From assembly GCA_030141605.1 (NCBI GenBank), contig JAQGDQ010000824.1, forward strand, positions 42,818 to 91,252: a stretch of 48,435 bases of DNA. Direction: 5' to 3'. A program made the position numbers and the translations under genes. Positions 1 through 12,426 of this stretch are shown in pieces. This DNA comes from Tubiluchus corallicola (Eukaryota; Animalia; Priapulida). The notes below the pieces were generated by a model. It had not been told where the DNA came from, did no database searches, and was given only the letters and a program-made list of their open reading frames with translations. The stretch's first letter is position 1. Each line of letters starts with the position of its first letter.

Positions 1-78
<78 letters not shown>
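1..78. repeat. (GA)n microsatellite, runs off window start
   Basis: Pure GA dinucleotide run. Confidence 0.98.
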
Positions 79-81
<3 letters not shown>

Positions 82-1107
82 TTACTCACTTATTTAATTC
101 TATAATGACGCGTTGTGTACTACTGAATATCAAATTGGCAAAGACAAATTACTTTAGCGCTTCAGTTTTTATCTTGGTGTAATCGTTAGCTGCTATGATT
201 CACGATTGTATTAGATCCTGAGCCTTCGCTGGTTGTCTTTTTGCACTAATGTTTTTCTTTTACTAATAGGTACCATTACGACCTTTGTTACTTTATTAGT
301 AAAAGGTATAAATCAATTTAAATGAAATTATTCATTCATCGCAGCCGATATCAAAATCTTAATTACATATCATGTTTTCCTTTCTTAATGTTTTCCTTAT
401 GTTTCCTTGCTATTATTACATCATTTACTTTATTACGTCAATTACATTAAGTCATCTACAAAAGCACGCATAACTTTAATAATTTTTTCATTTAAGGTGA
501 GTGTGTTAATGACCGTATGGTCGTGCACTCACCTCGCACTACTCAAATCATTTTATTTATTGTTTATTAATGTGTACGATATTGTATTTTGATGTGTGAA
601 AATTAATTCATAGTTCATAGTTCATATCTTTCGCATATAAACAAAGAAAACATATCGTATGTATATCTAGCCGATAAAAACATTCGGAAAAAGCGGAGGG
701 ATAATGAGATCAATTGCCTTAAAGCACAAGAAAACCCTCAACTTAAAAACCATCAGCTTAAAAACTGTCTTGAGGTTTTATACCACTTACATACTGCCTT
801 TTTGCATACAGAGTTTGCATCTGCAGTAACACTCTATAAAACATGGAAATTTAAACTCCCGCGATGACCGTTAGATGGAGCCATTTTGACGATAAGTCAC
901 TTGAAACAAGTTCAGATAACACTACGTGAAGTTTCAAGAAATGATCAGAGCATTCGCAGCGCACACGTTACTAACTAAGTAAAATTTAAAATTACTGTAT
1001 CTTGTCAAAAAGATTAAAAATACGTTTTTGATTAGTGAGTGGTGCATCCTGGAGGGTGAGTCAGCGACATTTTACCAATTGGTGAAAGCATTATAAATAA
1101 TTAATAA

Positions 1108-1180
1108 TTTTCTTTTCTAGTTACGTAAGTCTTTCAAGCAGGTAAGCGAAATACAAAGTAACATAATTTTGCATGGAAAA
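1108..1180 (+). repeat. Dispersed repeat fragment (second copy ~25168-25240)
   Basis: tttcttttctagttacgtaagtctttcaagcaggtaagcgaaat is mirrored by tttcttttctagttacgtaaatcttgtaagcatgtaagcgtaat in a BCAP31 intron. Confidence 0.6.
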
Positions 1181-2279
1181 TTTTTTGGGACATTGTTTAA
1201 TATTTCCTTTCCTTCCCCTGATTTATGCTGTGCATTTATGACGTCATGTAATGGCGCAGTCGGAACAGTATTGCGGAAATTTAAAATGAAAACAAACAAA
1301 AAGTGCTTTCAAAGTGAATACGATATACTCATAAAATTGCTATAAAGTAATACAATTTTTAAAGCAATTTTCTGCAACCTACTTCAGGCACCTCTTTTTT
1401 GTCCTTTAAACCGAATTTACTTATATCTTGTAACTACAGGCTACATTAAAACATAGAGTAGTGAAGAGTGAAGCAGATAACATACTGAATCATAGCAGCC
1501 GGTGTACAGTAGAGAAATGAAAACCATGTAATGTTGTGTGAAGCAGAGGAGACTAGAAGGAATTGGAGTGGAATAGAGTAGTGTGGAATAGGAATGGAGT
1601 GAAGTCAAGTAAAGTAGAATAGGATGAAATGGCACAGAACAGAGCCTGGTTAGGTTTGTTACAAAATTCATTTAAATTTGTCACTTAGTTAAGAATTGTC
1701 TGAAGAATACTAAAAATATCGTTGAATTTTTTTTAGAGTTTTATTATAATAGACAACATTGAAATGGCCCAAAATACTTATGCAGAGAAATCCATACCAA
1801 AAATAATCCTAAAAGTCACATCAAACGGCAATAGCACCAATCCCATACACAATTAATTGAATTTTGATACGAAACTTGAAAGACAGGAAATGTGAAAAGT
1901 CATGGATTTAAACCAGGAATCTTTTGTTTACAAGGTAGAAGCATAAGATCACTAGATGACTATGTCCATAAAGATCAAGTCGATTCAATGTTCAACTGAA
2001 ATTACACGGACTTTTAGCCTCAGAGTAAAACGGGAACATTTCAAGCGACCTTATATTAAAAATGCTGAATTCGGTTGACCGACTAAAGGAGTGCCTTGAT
2101 CAAATACAGTGTTCTAGCTAATAGCTTGTTTTTTCTTTTGTTGCATGTTTTTAATTAGCTTTATTTGTACAGTAGTTCTTTATTACTTGATGTATGTTAC
2201 CTTCATTGTGGTATGTTTTTTTCTGCATTGAGTTTCGATAAATATTTCGTGTAAGTACCACGAAATTAGGAAGTTTCAG

Positions 2280-2282
<3 letters not shown>

Positions 2283-2373
<91 letters not shown>

Positions 2374-2490
2374 TTCTCTCTCTCTCTCCATCTCTCTGTC
2401 TCGCACTCTCTTTCTCTCTATCTCTCTCTCCCTCTCTCCCTCTCTCTCCCTCTCTCTCTCGCTCTCTCATCTCTTTCTCGTCTCTCTCTC
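2283..2490. repeat. (TC)n microsatellite, degenerate at its right end
   Basis: Direct reading; explains the RE-repeat ORF 2276-2470. Confidence 0.97.
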
Positions 2491-2494
2491 CACA

Positions 2495-2935
2495 AAATAA
2501 TTGTCGATTAAGACTTTAAATATTACTATTGTTGGTGCGGCAATCAACATGGCAAGCAGATTATTCCATGCCTTCACTACTCTTACAGTAAAATGAATAT
2601 TGTGAATATCAAGAGGGTGACAGCTCTTTATACAGTTTTCAACTATTTCTTCTAGTATTGGAATCAACAACCAAATTCACGAATTTTTCAGGCATAATGT
2701 TTTCTTTTTTAGTTAGCATTTTACAAATCACAATGAGATCTTTGTTGTGTCTTCTTAATTCAAGCGTGGCCCAACTGCAATATTTCTATCATTTTAAATA
2801 ATTATGTCAGATTTTTACAACCAAATGTTATTCTCTATAGCACACCTTACATGGGCAATATGTCTTTCTGATGATGGGAATTCCAAAGCTGCGCACAGTG
2901 TTCTAGATGAGGTCCAACCAAAACAATAATTATAA
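2495..2935 (-). mobile_element. Degraded 3' end of a CR1/L2-group LINE ORF2
   Basis: The minus strand gives LVGPHLEHCAQLWNSHHQKDI and HFTVRVVKAWNNL, resembling the CR1 ORF2 C-terminal motifs LVRPHLEYCVQFW and FFxxRVVxxWNxL; stops and frameshifts are present. Confidence 0.8.
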
Positions 2936-4641
2936 TTAATGTATTTGAACAAAGTTGCGGTCACCCGAAACTCAGCATAGGAACTGCAATGTCAGTTGAA
3001 ACGTTGAAAACTAGCAATGAAACGACAGTCCTAGAATAATAGTGCTGCAATATTTATTACTTGCCGTCGGCAAGGCCTCAAAAATAGTCAATATTGCCAA
3101 TGGTAGTGCTGACTGCTTGTAGTGTCGTGTGGAATGGCCGTATTTACAGTGACGCGTTCAAGACACGGAGTGTTACGGATGTTACGAGCAACAGTATGGC
3201 GTCATACTAGTGTAAAAATAGTAAAAAAATTCATTTTTTGAGCTCAGTTATAGTTATCAGCATTAGTTATATAAAAAAGATCCATTTGAATATTAACTCA
3301 GTAGGTTTTTACTCATCAAAGGTGTTGCGAGCGGAACACCTGCTTACGAAAGCTTTGACATAGACATGTTTATTGATTTCTTCTGATGCACATTTATATA
3401 AAATGCACAACTGATTAAACATATAAAATTTACATGAAAGTAAAAGAAGAAGCATATGTCAAGAAGTGATTAAATGGGTGCGAGAGAAAGGGTTGCGAAA
3501 TCAAACGTAAAAAATAAATAAAGGCTTATTTAAAAATTCTTGATTATGATAAAGATAACTGCAATTATAAACTTGCTGAATTTGTTTTCAAATCCGCTGA
3601 ATGGCCATAGGTATTAAATAGAATCACGAAGATTACTACATATATAGTTATAATTGGATATTTATATTAGTGACTATAGTCCGGCAGCCGATGGGGTGAG
3701 CTTTGTATTTTCCGTGAAAACACTCAAGCACAATTTCACGTTCGCGCCACTAGTTGTTCACTGTTACATGCATTTCACCATTCGCTAGTTAGACAATTCC
3801 ACCAGTATGTTACCCGTACACCAAAATTATTCTACAAAGTTGTATGTGTATTAACTACGCAGATAATGTCATCTAGTTTTGAAAAAAATATTTCTGTTAC
3901 AAACTAAACACTTTTAGATTGAAATATAGCTTTTAATATTTTGATGCTGATTTTGCTTTTTCATATTTTCCTGTAAAAACAGTCTGAAGTCATTCTCCAT
4001 ATTAGTTCCTTAAGTCCACTATACAGACTTTTCAGTGTGGTGTAAAGTGTGGCCTTGGATGTTTTCTTTTCTGCATGCTACCTGGGGAAACCACACCCTA
4101 TCGTTGTGGTACGTCTGACACCAAAAATTAGCAGTTCTCACAATGATGTGATGTGGTCCCAGTACCTGCAGTTTAAAATACAATGCATACTGCATGTCTG
4201 CAGCACCTCTGAATGTACCATTCAGGGCCTATTTCAGCCTAAGCGAGGCCCAGGAAAGTGGGACATGTGAGTTCCCCTCGAGGGGGGGACGCCAGCATTG
4301 TTGGTGCCCAGAAAATTTTTGAACTGCTAGAACGCCGGAGAAGCATTTTCGAAGAGAAAATATGGAGTTATACAGTTGTTAAAGGAAAGAACAATTGAAA
4401 GAAAAACTGCTTTATTCTCAAAACCAGTCCTTAATACTTGTCAATACTGGCAAACGGCGCTCATGCGGCAAGAGGGAGAGAGGAGGCAGTATGTTCGCAT
4501 AAAGCAAAAAAATGTTACCTTGGCGCGAGGCCCCCTAGAGGGTGAGGCCCCGGGGAAGCATCCCCCCCCCCAAAATAGGACCCGTCCGACACCAAACTGG
4601 TACACATTGGCCCACAGACAGCCCTAGTATTGACGAAACAC

Positions 4642-5020
4642 AGTTGCATTATGGGAAACCTGATTTTGAAGGAAAAGGAAAGCATTCTGTGAAGTTAGGC
4701 TCATTTCAATGTTCGCGAAAAATGTTAGAAGGCTAACCAAATGTTCATGCAAAAATATCACAAAATTTGTTATCTTATTTCCTGTGGTGCGCTGCTTTTC
4801 TTCAATCAATAAAAGATGTCATTGGTGGAGGAAGGTTGCTCAAAATGGGAGCGCCCAAATGTGAAATGATCGCAAGCGATTTTACTAATTGCAAGCGGCG
4901 CTTATAACACTTATATTACTAAATCCTTCTAACATTTTTTGCGAATGAATATTGAAATTTAACTTAATTTGCCAGAAGGCTTAGCCTTTCCTTTAAGGTC
5001 AGGTATCCCATAATGCAACT
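4642..5020. mobile_element. MITE-like element with ~45-bp imperfect terminal inverted repeats
   Basis: agttgcattatgggaaacctga...gaaggaaaagg at left versus cctttcctttaaggtcaggtatcccataatgcaact at right; internal blocks recur inverted at ~19000-19510. Confidence 0.6.
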
Positions 5021-5475
5021 ATGCTTCACCCATAATAGGGCTGTCTGAGGGCAAATGCATGCTAGTTTGGTTCGGATGTACCCACTGTGTCGGACATACA
5101 TTATAATCATTCATCTTTCTATTACACCATTATCACCTAATGCCCAAAGGTGATATATGAAAAATCATCCTGCCTTCCTTTAAGTATATGTCTATAAGTA
5201 TATATCTTAATCTGATCTTAAGTACATTCTTATAGCATAACAGATAGTATTTGCTACCGGGGGCCTTTTGCCCCCTCCCACTTCTAGCTCCCTGTCCCCC
5301 GGTAGCCTGTATTTCCACACTGTAGCACTGCAACAACATCCTACCCATAGTTAATGTTGTAAATGGGAAGCTTGTACTGTTATGTGTATTCTTATCACAG
5401 GAATACAATTGAGTACCTACAGTTTAAAATATAATGTATACTTCATGTCAGCAGCACATACGCATATTTTGATCG

Positions 5476-5612
5476 GTATGAAACTATACTACACTCCACA
5501 AACAAACAAACAAACATGTTAGTAGAAACAGAACTATTCCTCATTTGCAATGTTGCAGTTCAGTCACTACTAACATGGTTGTTTGTTTGTGGAATGCAGC
5601 ATAGTTTCATAC
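5476..5612. repeat. Short imperfect inverted repeat (hairpin/MITE relic)
   Basis: gtatgaaactat...acaaacatgttagtag pairs with ctactaacatggttgtttgtttgtgg...atagtttcatac. Confidence 0.65.
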
Positions 5613-6061
5613 ATATCAACATATTTAATCTGCAAGGCAAAGTGTCTATGAAATGATATATCATATATCTTTTGGCTATCTAACTACTGAATTGTATTTT
5701 GATGTAGTTTCTAAATTCCGGTAAATTTCTTTGTTTTAGATGCTTTGACAATGAACAGTTTGTTCGAAACCGTTGGCAATAAATTCAATTTTGGTCTAGT
5801 TACATTTATTTGCCAAATATGGATAATTCAGTACATAAATATTATAAAATAAAGAACGAGTTTTGTCTTTCAGCTTGGTGAATGCCAAATAAGTACCACT
5901 AAAATCATTGTGTTTCTCTTTGTCTTTTTTTTAAATCTTCTTTTGACGTCCATTTTGTCATTGGACAAGTGTGGAAATATTAGAAGCTCTCATAAGAGGC
6001 CCTAACTAGAACCTGCCTTAGAAGCTCTAATTTAGGAATATTACAAAAGCTAGTACCTTAC

Positions 6062-6375
6062 CTTAGACAGCATTTTCCACTGGGTTCTATCGGCGGCTTC
6101 TCTTTCGATGTTCTCCCAACGTCTGTTCGTAGCCCGAAGGTCTTCTTTGAAAGATCTGCGCCACGTTGTTTTTGGCCGACCTCTTTTCCTTTTTTCACCA
6201 GGTGGTTCCCAGCGTAACACTATTTTGGAGTGGCGTTTTTCTGGTAGGCGTATAATATGTCCAGCCAATCTCAGCCTTCTCTCTGCGACTATTTCCTGCA
6301 ACTGCCTTGACTGCGCCTGCTGTAGGACTTCCACATCAGTAACATGGTCGCTATAGGATATTTTTAGGATTTTTA
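6062..6375 (-). mobile_element. RTE-clade LINE ORF2 3' fragment
   Basis: ORF 6050-6334 reads RRLRLAGHIIRLPEKRHSKIVLRWEPPGEKRKRGRPKTTWRRSFKEDL, the typical RTE C-terminal motif. Confidence 0.88.
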
Positions 6376-6779
6376 AAGGATTAATACACTACTCCAGTCT
6401 TATCTAAAAATTGAACTCATTCTTCATTGTTATTATTAATTTGTTACAGACTGAATGAAACAAGTAATTTCATGCGAAGACACACAAGTACCTGAGTTTG
6501 TGTGTCTAAAAGTATTTGTATCACGAACTTAATACCTGCCTGTTGACATTTGAGTGCCACATTTTGATGGCAAAAGGGCAGTATTAGCTTTTCGAGTATC
6601 AGTCATACGTGACACAAACACTGTACAGGTTTACAAGGTCAAGATTACTAAGGAAGAAGGAAATTATATCACAAAACTATATGGTAAGCATTCTAAAACC
6701 AATGTGTTCTGTGTTATTTCGAACAATAACGGAAGTTGAAATTTAGTGCAGTAGTCACACTGTTCTGTGTGGTACAATC

Positions 6780-7664
6780 ATGGAAGTCAATATGTTCAAA
6801 CTCGGCACGGAACATTCATTGGATTCAACCAGCATGCGAGATAAAACGCGGATTGAGCACAATGCACTGATGGGTATTTTAAAGGCAGACCTACTGCCAA
6901 GTTTACCAAGCGGACAGGGTTCAAACATAGAGTCTTATCATATAGATGCATCCGCCATTCGCGAACCGGAAGTTTTGCGCATTGATGACGCAAAAGGGCT
7001 GTGGAAGAAGACAGATAAGATAAGAATGGAAGAATGGAAACGCAAGTTGATATGTAAGAAATGTTCAGCCACTTTTGACTCTTACAAGGGACTTGTCAAT
7101 CACCAAAACAATGTACATGCTAAGCTGAAATGCTGTCATTGCGGTGCACACTTTGGGTCACCCAGTGCCCTCACCACTCATCTTAGGACTCACAGTGACA
7201 AACTATCACTCCTTTACCCTAAACAGTCAAACCACAAAGCACATCTATGCCATCTTTGCCACCATTGTGGCGAGAAATTTGATTCGTCTACTTTCAGTGC
7301 TCATCTTCGGGTTCACACTGGTGAAAGGCCTTTTATTTGTGCCTTTTGTGCAAAGACATACGTAACTCTTTCAGGACTGCGCGTTCATGAAAGCACTCAC
7401 GCTGGTGTTAAACCTTTTAAGTGTGACACTTGTGGTGTGAGGTTCAATAATAAACAGCGTGTTGCACGTCATCGCATGATTCACACTGGGGAAAAACCTT
7501 ACGAGTGTACTCAATGTGATGCAAAATTTAATCAGGCCGGTAATTTGAGGTCACACATGCGACGTCACACCGGTGAAAAACCTTTTGAGTGTGAGCAGTG
7601 TGGTGCGTGCTTTACATGGAATGTTTGTCTGAAAACCCACAGAAAAAGCTGCAGAAAGAAGTAG
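6780..7664 (+). CDS. C2H2 zinc-finger protein (7 fingers, the last C2HC), single coding exon
   Basis: 294-aa ORF with CxxC..HxxxH arrays and TGEKP-type linkers; paralog of 12427-13215. Confidence 0.93.
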   Translation: MEVNMFKLGTEHSLDSTSMRDKTRIEHNALMGILKADLLPSLPSGQGSNIESYHIDASAIREPEVLRIDDAKGLWKKTDKIRMEEWKRKLICKKCSATFDSYKGLVNHQNNVHAKLKCCHCGAHFGSPSALTTHLRTHSDKLSLLYPKQSNHKAHLCHLCHHCGEKFDSSTFSAHLRVHTGERPFICAFCAKTYVTLSGLRVHESTHAGVKPFKCDTCGVRFNNKQRVARHRMIHTGEKPYECTQCDAKFNQAGNLRSHMRRHTGEKPFECEQCGACFTWNVCLKTHRKSCRKK

Positions 7665-8088
7665 TCTTCACTCAGTTATCGTATATGTGTCAAAATTATT
7701 GGCTTGTGAGTACTTCAGATTTGTTTATACAGCAATCAGTGAAAAGAAGCAAATTTTGTACAATAGTGCTTAACAACTGAGCAAGAAATTTATGTGCTTA
7801 CCAAAAACTTGTGTGCAAATCCTTAGGACCATTAGACGTGCTTCGAAGATTTTGTCTGAAAACTTAAACTAATCAGAATGAAACAAATCAAATTTCCTGG
7901 CATTTAAGACCTGGAGAGTATGAAGTCACCTGATTAATGCTTAAAACACCAATGATAAATTTGTGAAAAGGATATTAACTTTAAGATTTTCTGATGCATT
8001 CTTAATGTATATAATAAAAAAATTTAAATGTATTTCATGGGCATCAACGAAAACTGTAAAAATGAACTTTACTTTATGTAGTACGTAT

Positions 8089-8511
8089 CACCAGTCGAAG
8101 AGTGCAGATTTATTGTTACATACTGCTTTATTTTTATACCACAATATTTTTGCATAAATAATGCTTTCCTCGGGTGATAGCTAAAATAAAATCAGATCTA
8201 TTTTTTTTACAGATGGACGTCTAAAATAAATTTTTTAATACTTTATCAGACCATAAATATGTGGCTCCCATAGAGTGGTGAAATCATAACGTTTTGAAAC
8301 ACCAGTCGAAGAGTGCAGTTTTGTTGTTACGTACTGCTTTCTTTTTATACCACAATATTTTTGCATACATAATGCTTTCCTCGGGTGATAGCTAAAATAA
8401 AATAAAATCTAATTTTTTTACAGATGTACGTCTAAAATAAATTTTTTAATACTTTATCAGACCATAAAATATGTGGCTCCCATAGATTGGTGAAACCATA
8501 ACGTTTTGAAA
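8089..8511. repeat. Tandem duplication, 2 x ~211 bp
   Basis: caccagtcgaagagtgcag...ataacgttttgaaa occurs at 8089 and 8300 with few differences. Confidence 0.93.
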
Positions 8512-9080
8512 TGGGAAACCACCTGATGGTGGTTAAAAGCAAATTACTAGTGCTCTTATTTATCGCTCACACTTTACGAACTTTACGGTTTCTGCGTAGG
8601 GTGTAATGATATAAGACTGAAAAAATTATACATTTTACCTATTTGTGCTAGTTGACATAGTTCATACAAAAGCATCAGCTATAAGGAATGTTTACAATAA
8701 TTGCAAAGAAGTGTATCAGTTAGTGTCTTTTAGTCAGTCTTTCGTGTTTGAAAGGCTAGGGTTAGTAAAAAAAAATTAAATAAGAAAACTCTTAGTAATT
8801 TCCTGCACAAACAATCAAGGTTGTACAAAGACATCAGCGACCACAATTCTAGCGTGCATTAGTATCTCAGCAGTCAATTGAACAAGTAACCAAACGATGT
8901 CTGACAACTGTATTTAAATGTCCGTGTCTCGTAATTATCGCTTCAGTCACTCTTTGTTCTTAAAGTTGCTTCTGTGCTACTTCAGAATGTGAGAATTAAG
9001 TGAATGAGAGAGAAATCAAATAATGAAACAAAAGTTTGTTTACTTTCATTAAATTTTGTTTATTATTTTACTTTCGCTTG

Positions 9081-9186
<106 letters not shown>

Positions 9187-10085
9187 AGCATTTCCCAAGA
9201 TCAGAAGTAAAACTCAGATATCAAGACAAGACAATATTTCTAATAGGGGAATACATGTTCCCTTTTTCCCTCGCAGAATGCGAAGAAGGGCACCCCTCTT
9301 TTATTTCTTCTGGGAGGAATGCCTGTTCCCATGTTCCTTCGTTTCACCATTTCCTGTTTTCCATGGTTGCTACCAGAATTTAATTAATCTTGCATTTGTA
9401 TCGTATTTGATATTTGTCTTGTCATTAAGATTAGAATAATTTCTTTTGACACAATAATTCCAAAAGCCTTTCAGAGTCTTGTTAGCTCGAATTGAATCGT
9501 TGCCGAATACTTCACGATATATGCTTGGTTGTACAGAGAAAAACCGGTTGCCGGTGCATCATGTTGTAGCGAGATGTCACCAGACACAAGATTAATACAA
9601 ATATGGCGTTCCTTGATTGGTGGAAAAGTTAATTGTTAAGAAGAAAAATTGTAATTTTTAAATTGTTTTTTATTCCCCTTTAAATACCGGCAGCATCAGC
9701 TATATTTACACTAAACATTAGTTTTAATCATAGTAGGGAAGATTTTATTCAGTACACGCAGTTGGTAGGGCTGTTTTTCAAAAACAGATTATTATAATTA
9801 TGATTATTACGTTTACTGTGACGATATGTTCGTATGTCAAAAATTATCAGTGCATCGTGATATCTTTCATTGCCACATGCATACTGCGTTAGTGCACTTG
9901 TAATCGTGATAATCTAAGTCAACGATATTCAGCAAATTAGCTTGAACATATGCTGATGAAAACGATGTGAAGTAATTCAAGCTCCGACTGCAGATAGGTA
10001 TCAATCAGTGTATTGAATAAAGAGCCAAGCAAATGCAAGATTGAAAATGCAAAGTGTTTATTGTTGAATCCGTAGTAGGCTAATT

Positions 10086-10822
10086 GGCGCTATTACACTT
10101 TCGCACCGCCTATTTTTTTCTGGCCCATTGGTTGTTTTCACGCCTGCAGGCCAGAAAGCAGACCAACAGGCGTAATATACACCATATTCCCATAATATTA
10201 TTTATTTTTATTCTTTATAATTCCAGATTAAAATCATACATTACTTACCCGTCGCCATTACGCAAAAAGTTCCACGTGAATAACTGTGTTTACACCACTA
10301 ATGCGCAATCGCTCTCGCGCAGTGACGATGTGGCCCTTAACATGTATTTTTAGTTTTTTCGCATAATTTATGATTATTAGGGTTGCAGCTATGAGACCCA
10401 AGCTGGCATATACGAGGAAATTATTTTAGACCACTACAGTTATTTATCATTAATTTTATTTATTACTGTAGTATTATTACTATTAGATAATAAAAAAGTA
10501 AAGGTTTTTTCTTTATTTCGTAAATGCGGTGAAGATGAAAGTGTGTCACGTGCTTTTAAGCTAGGCCCTGATAATGCATAAACTGGTACGAAATTCGTCA
10601 CGTGACTACACACACAAACAAGATGGCGATACGAACTGTATAGGTGTAGAACTGTGAATACAGCGTAATTATTGGTAATTATACCTAAATATATGATTAA
10701 ATTACAATTAGATTAGCGGAAACATTCACTGATGACGTGAGAATAATAGAATAATGAACTACGAGCCTAGAAACGCGTAATAACCTAGAAAAAACTAGGC
10801 GGTGCGAAAGTGTAATAGCGCC
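10086..10822. mobile_element. Non-autonomous DNA transposon (Merlin-like MITE), 737 bp
   Basis: Perfect 27-bp TIR GGCGCTATTACACTTTCGCACCGCCTA (10086-10112 / 10796-10822) and perfect 8-bp TSD GGCTAATT (10078-85 / 10823-30). A GGNRM terminus with an 8-bp TSD fits the Merlin superfamily. Confidence 0.85.
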
Positions 10823-11433
10823 GGCTAATTACTTTGTATTCATATAAACTTGAGAAGTGGCAAACGTGCACCAGAGAATGTATGAGTAACTTTTAAACCT
10901 AACTAGGCTAAAGTATTGATATGTTTTGCTCTTCTGGTGTCTTACCAATGCAAATAATAGCCAATGCAAAGTAATGAATAAAAACCAAATAGTTTGTCAA
11001 ATAGTAGTTTACCCTTTAACATTCCTAAACTGCTGAATGATAAATATGTTTAGTGTTTATTATCAACGGCTTCATCTAGTTTTTTGTAAAGCCGGCAAAC
11101 AGCAACTCAGATGTACCACGATACATATAATTGTGTTGTGTATTGTAATGTAACCGAAGTATATCGGTACAGCCCTAATAATTTTATGTGTGTCACTGTT
11201 AGGCAAAGGTTTTGAAAGATAATTGTATTTGCAAATTTAGAATTAGTGAGCTTTTTATTTTATGAATGCACACCAGCAGTTATATATAAACTCACTACTT
11301 AATAACTGTGGTGTATTTTTATGTGGTTAAATCACTTTAAACTGTTTACAACCTTTGTACACTGTCCTATGTTGTATAGTCAACTCATATCATATTCTGC
11401 ATTCTAGGTTCGTACCCGGAGCAAGTTTGTGTA

Positions 11434-12150
11434 ATGAATGAACCGTCTACATCAGGCACGGCTAATATTTACCAGGAATTGCCATTGCAGATCAGCAAAG
11501 ATGCCGCAAAACTTGGTTTAGTTCCCAAACGTAATTACGGCAACGCAAACGACTTCTATTTGGCTTTCCTCAAACGCCATGTGTCAAAAGGAAACTTGGA
11601 CAAAACTGGCGGTGATGAGCCTCAGCACCAGACCATGCTACTCGATAAAAAACTGCCTAAGCAGAAACCTAAAGTGACATTGAGCAGGAATCGACGCGGT
11701 TTGACGGCAAGAGAAACACGCGAACTGAAATGTTTTGAAATTCTTCGCGAACATCAGTCGTACGAACTCCACGTTCCGTTACATGAACTCTGGAAATCTT
11801 ATATCAGAAGTTTGCTTCATTTGGACGACAAGAATCGGCCTCCCGGCCCACTTACGAAAGCAGAACAGGAATCGCTTTTAAAAGCGGATTATCACGGTTG
11901 CTTGATAACTGTTGCAAAATCGAAGTGCGCATCACTAGTTGGCATCAAGGGAATTGTGTTACGCGAGACGAGGAATACTTTAGTAATAATTAGCGAAAGT
12001 AATGAACTGAAGGTTCTTCCAAAGGCGCATTCAGTTTTTACATTTGAGATTGAAGACAATATTGTCACTCTGTATGGAAACAATTTCCGATTAAGGCCCG
12101 GGGACAGATCGAAACACAAGTTTAAACACCAAGGAACATTGGAAATCTAG
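11434..12150 (+). CDS. POP4: Ribonuclease P/MRP protein subunit p29 (POP4/RPP29), intronless CDS
   Basis: 238 aa; PLHELWKSY, KADYHGCLITVAKSKCASLVGIKGIVLRET and LYGNNFRLRPGDRSKHKFK match the Rpp29 family. Splice acceptor at 11406-11407 in the 5' UTR. Confidence 0.95.
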   Translation: MNEPSTSGTANIYQELPLQISKDAAKLGLVPKRNYGNANDFYLAFLKRHVSKGNLDKTGGDEPQHQTMLLDKKLPKQKPKVTLSRNRRGLTARETRELKCFEILREHQSYELHVPLHELWKSYIRSLLHLDDKNRPPGPLTKAEQESLLKADYHGCLITVAKSKCASLVGIKGIVLRETRNTLVIISESNELKVLPKAHSVFTFEIEDNIVTLYGNNFRLRPGDRSKHKFKHQGTLEI

Positions 12151-12426
12151 GGCACAATACTTACAATTCCACAGTTGCTTATTCAAACAAACCGTTATTA
12201 GTGCTCCTACGTTACGTTTTTATTGCGAAGTGGATCATTTTTACTTTTTGCCATTAGGTGAGTAAGATAATTCAAACAAGTGATCGTTTCAGCTCAAAAG
12301 TCAAAGTTTTTCATTGTATCGCAAAACCGGTGGCACAGCAATTTGTTGTTGTTTATCTGAACGGAGTGAATGTTATGCTCAAGTTGGAAAAGACTGAAAA
12401 ACAAGTTGTAAAACAAGCTGCACACG

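Noticed and set aside
1895-1962. tRNA-like sequence on the minus strand (B-box-like ggtttaaatcc)
   Set aside because: No intact cloverleaf; at most a very old SINE head.
4223-4584. GC-rich hAT-like element (CAGGGCCTATTT...AAATAGGACCCG)
   Set aside because: TIR is imperfect and no TSD was found; probably a repeat but not supportable.
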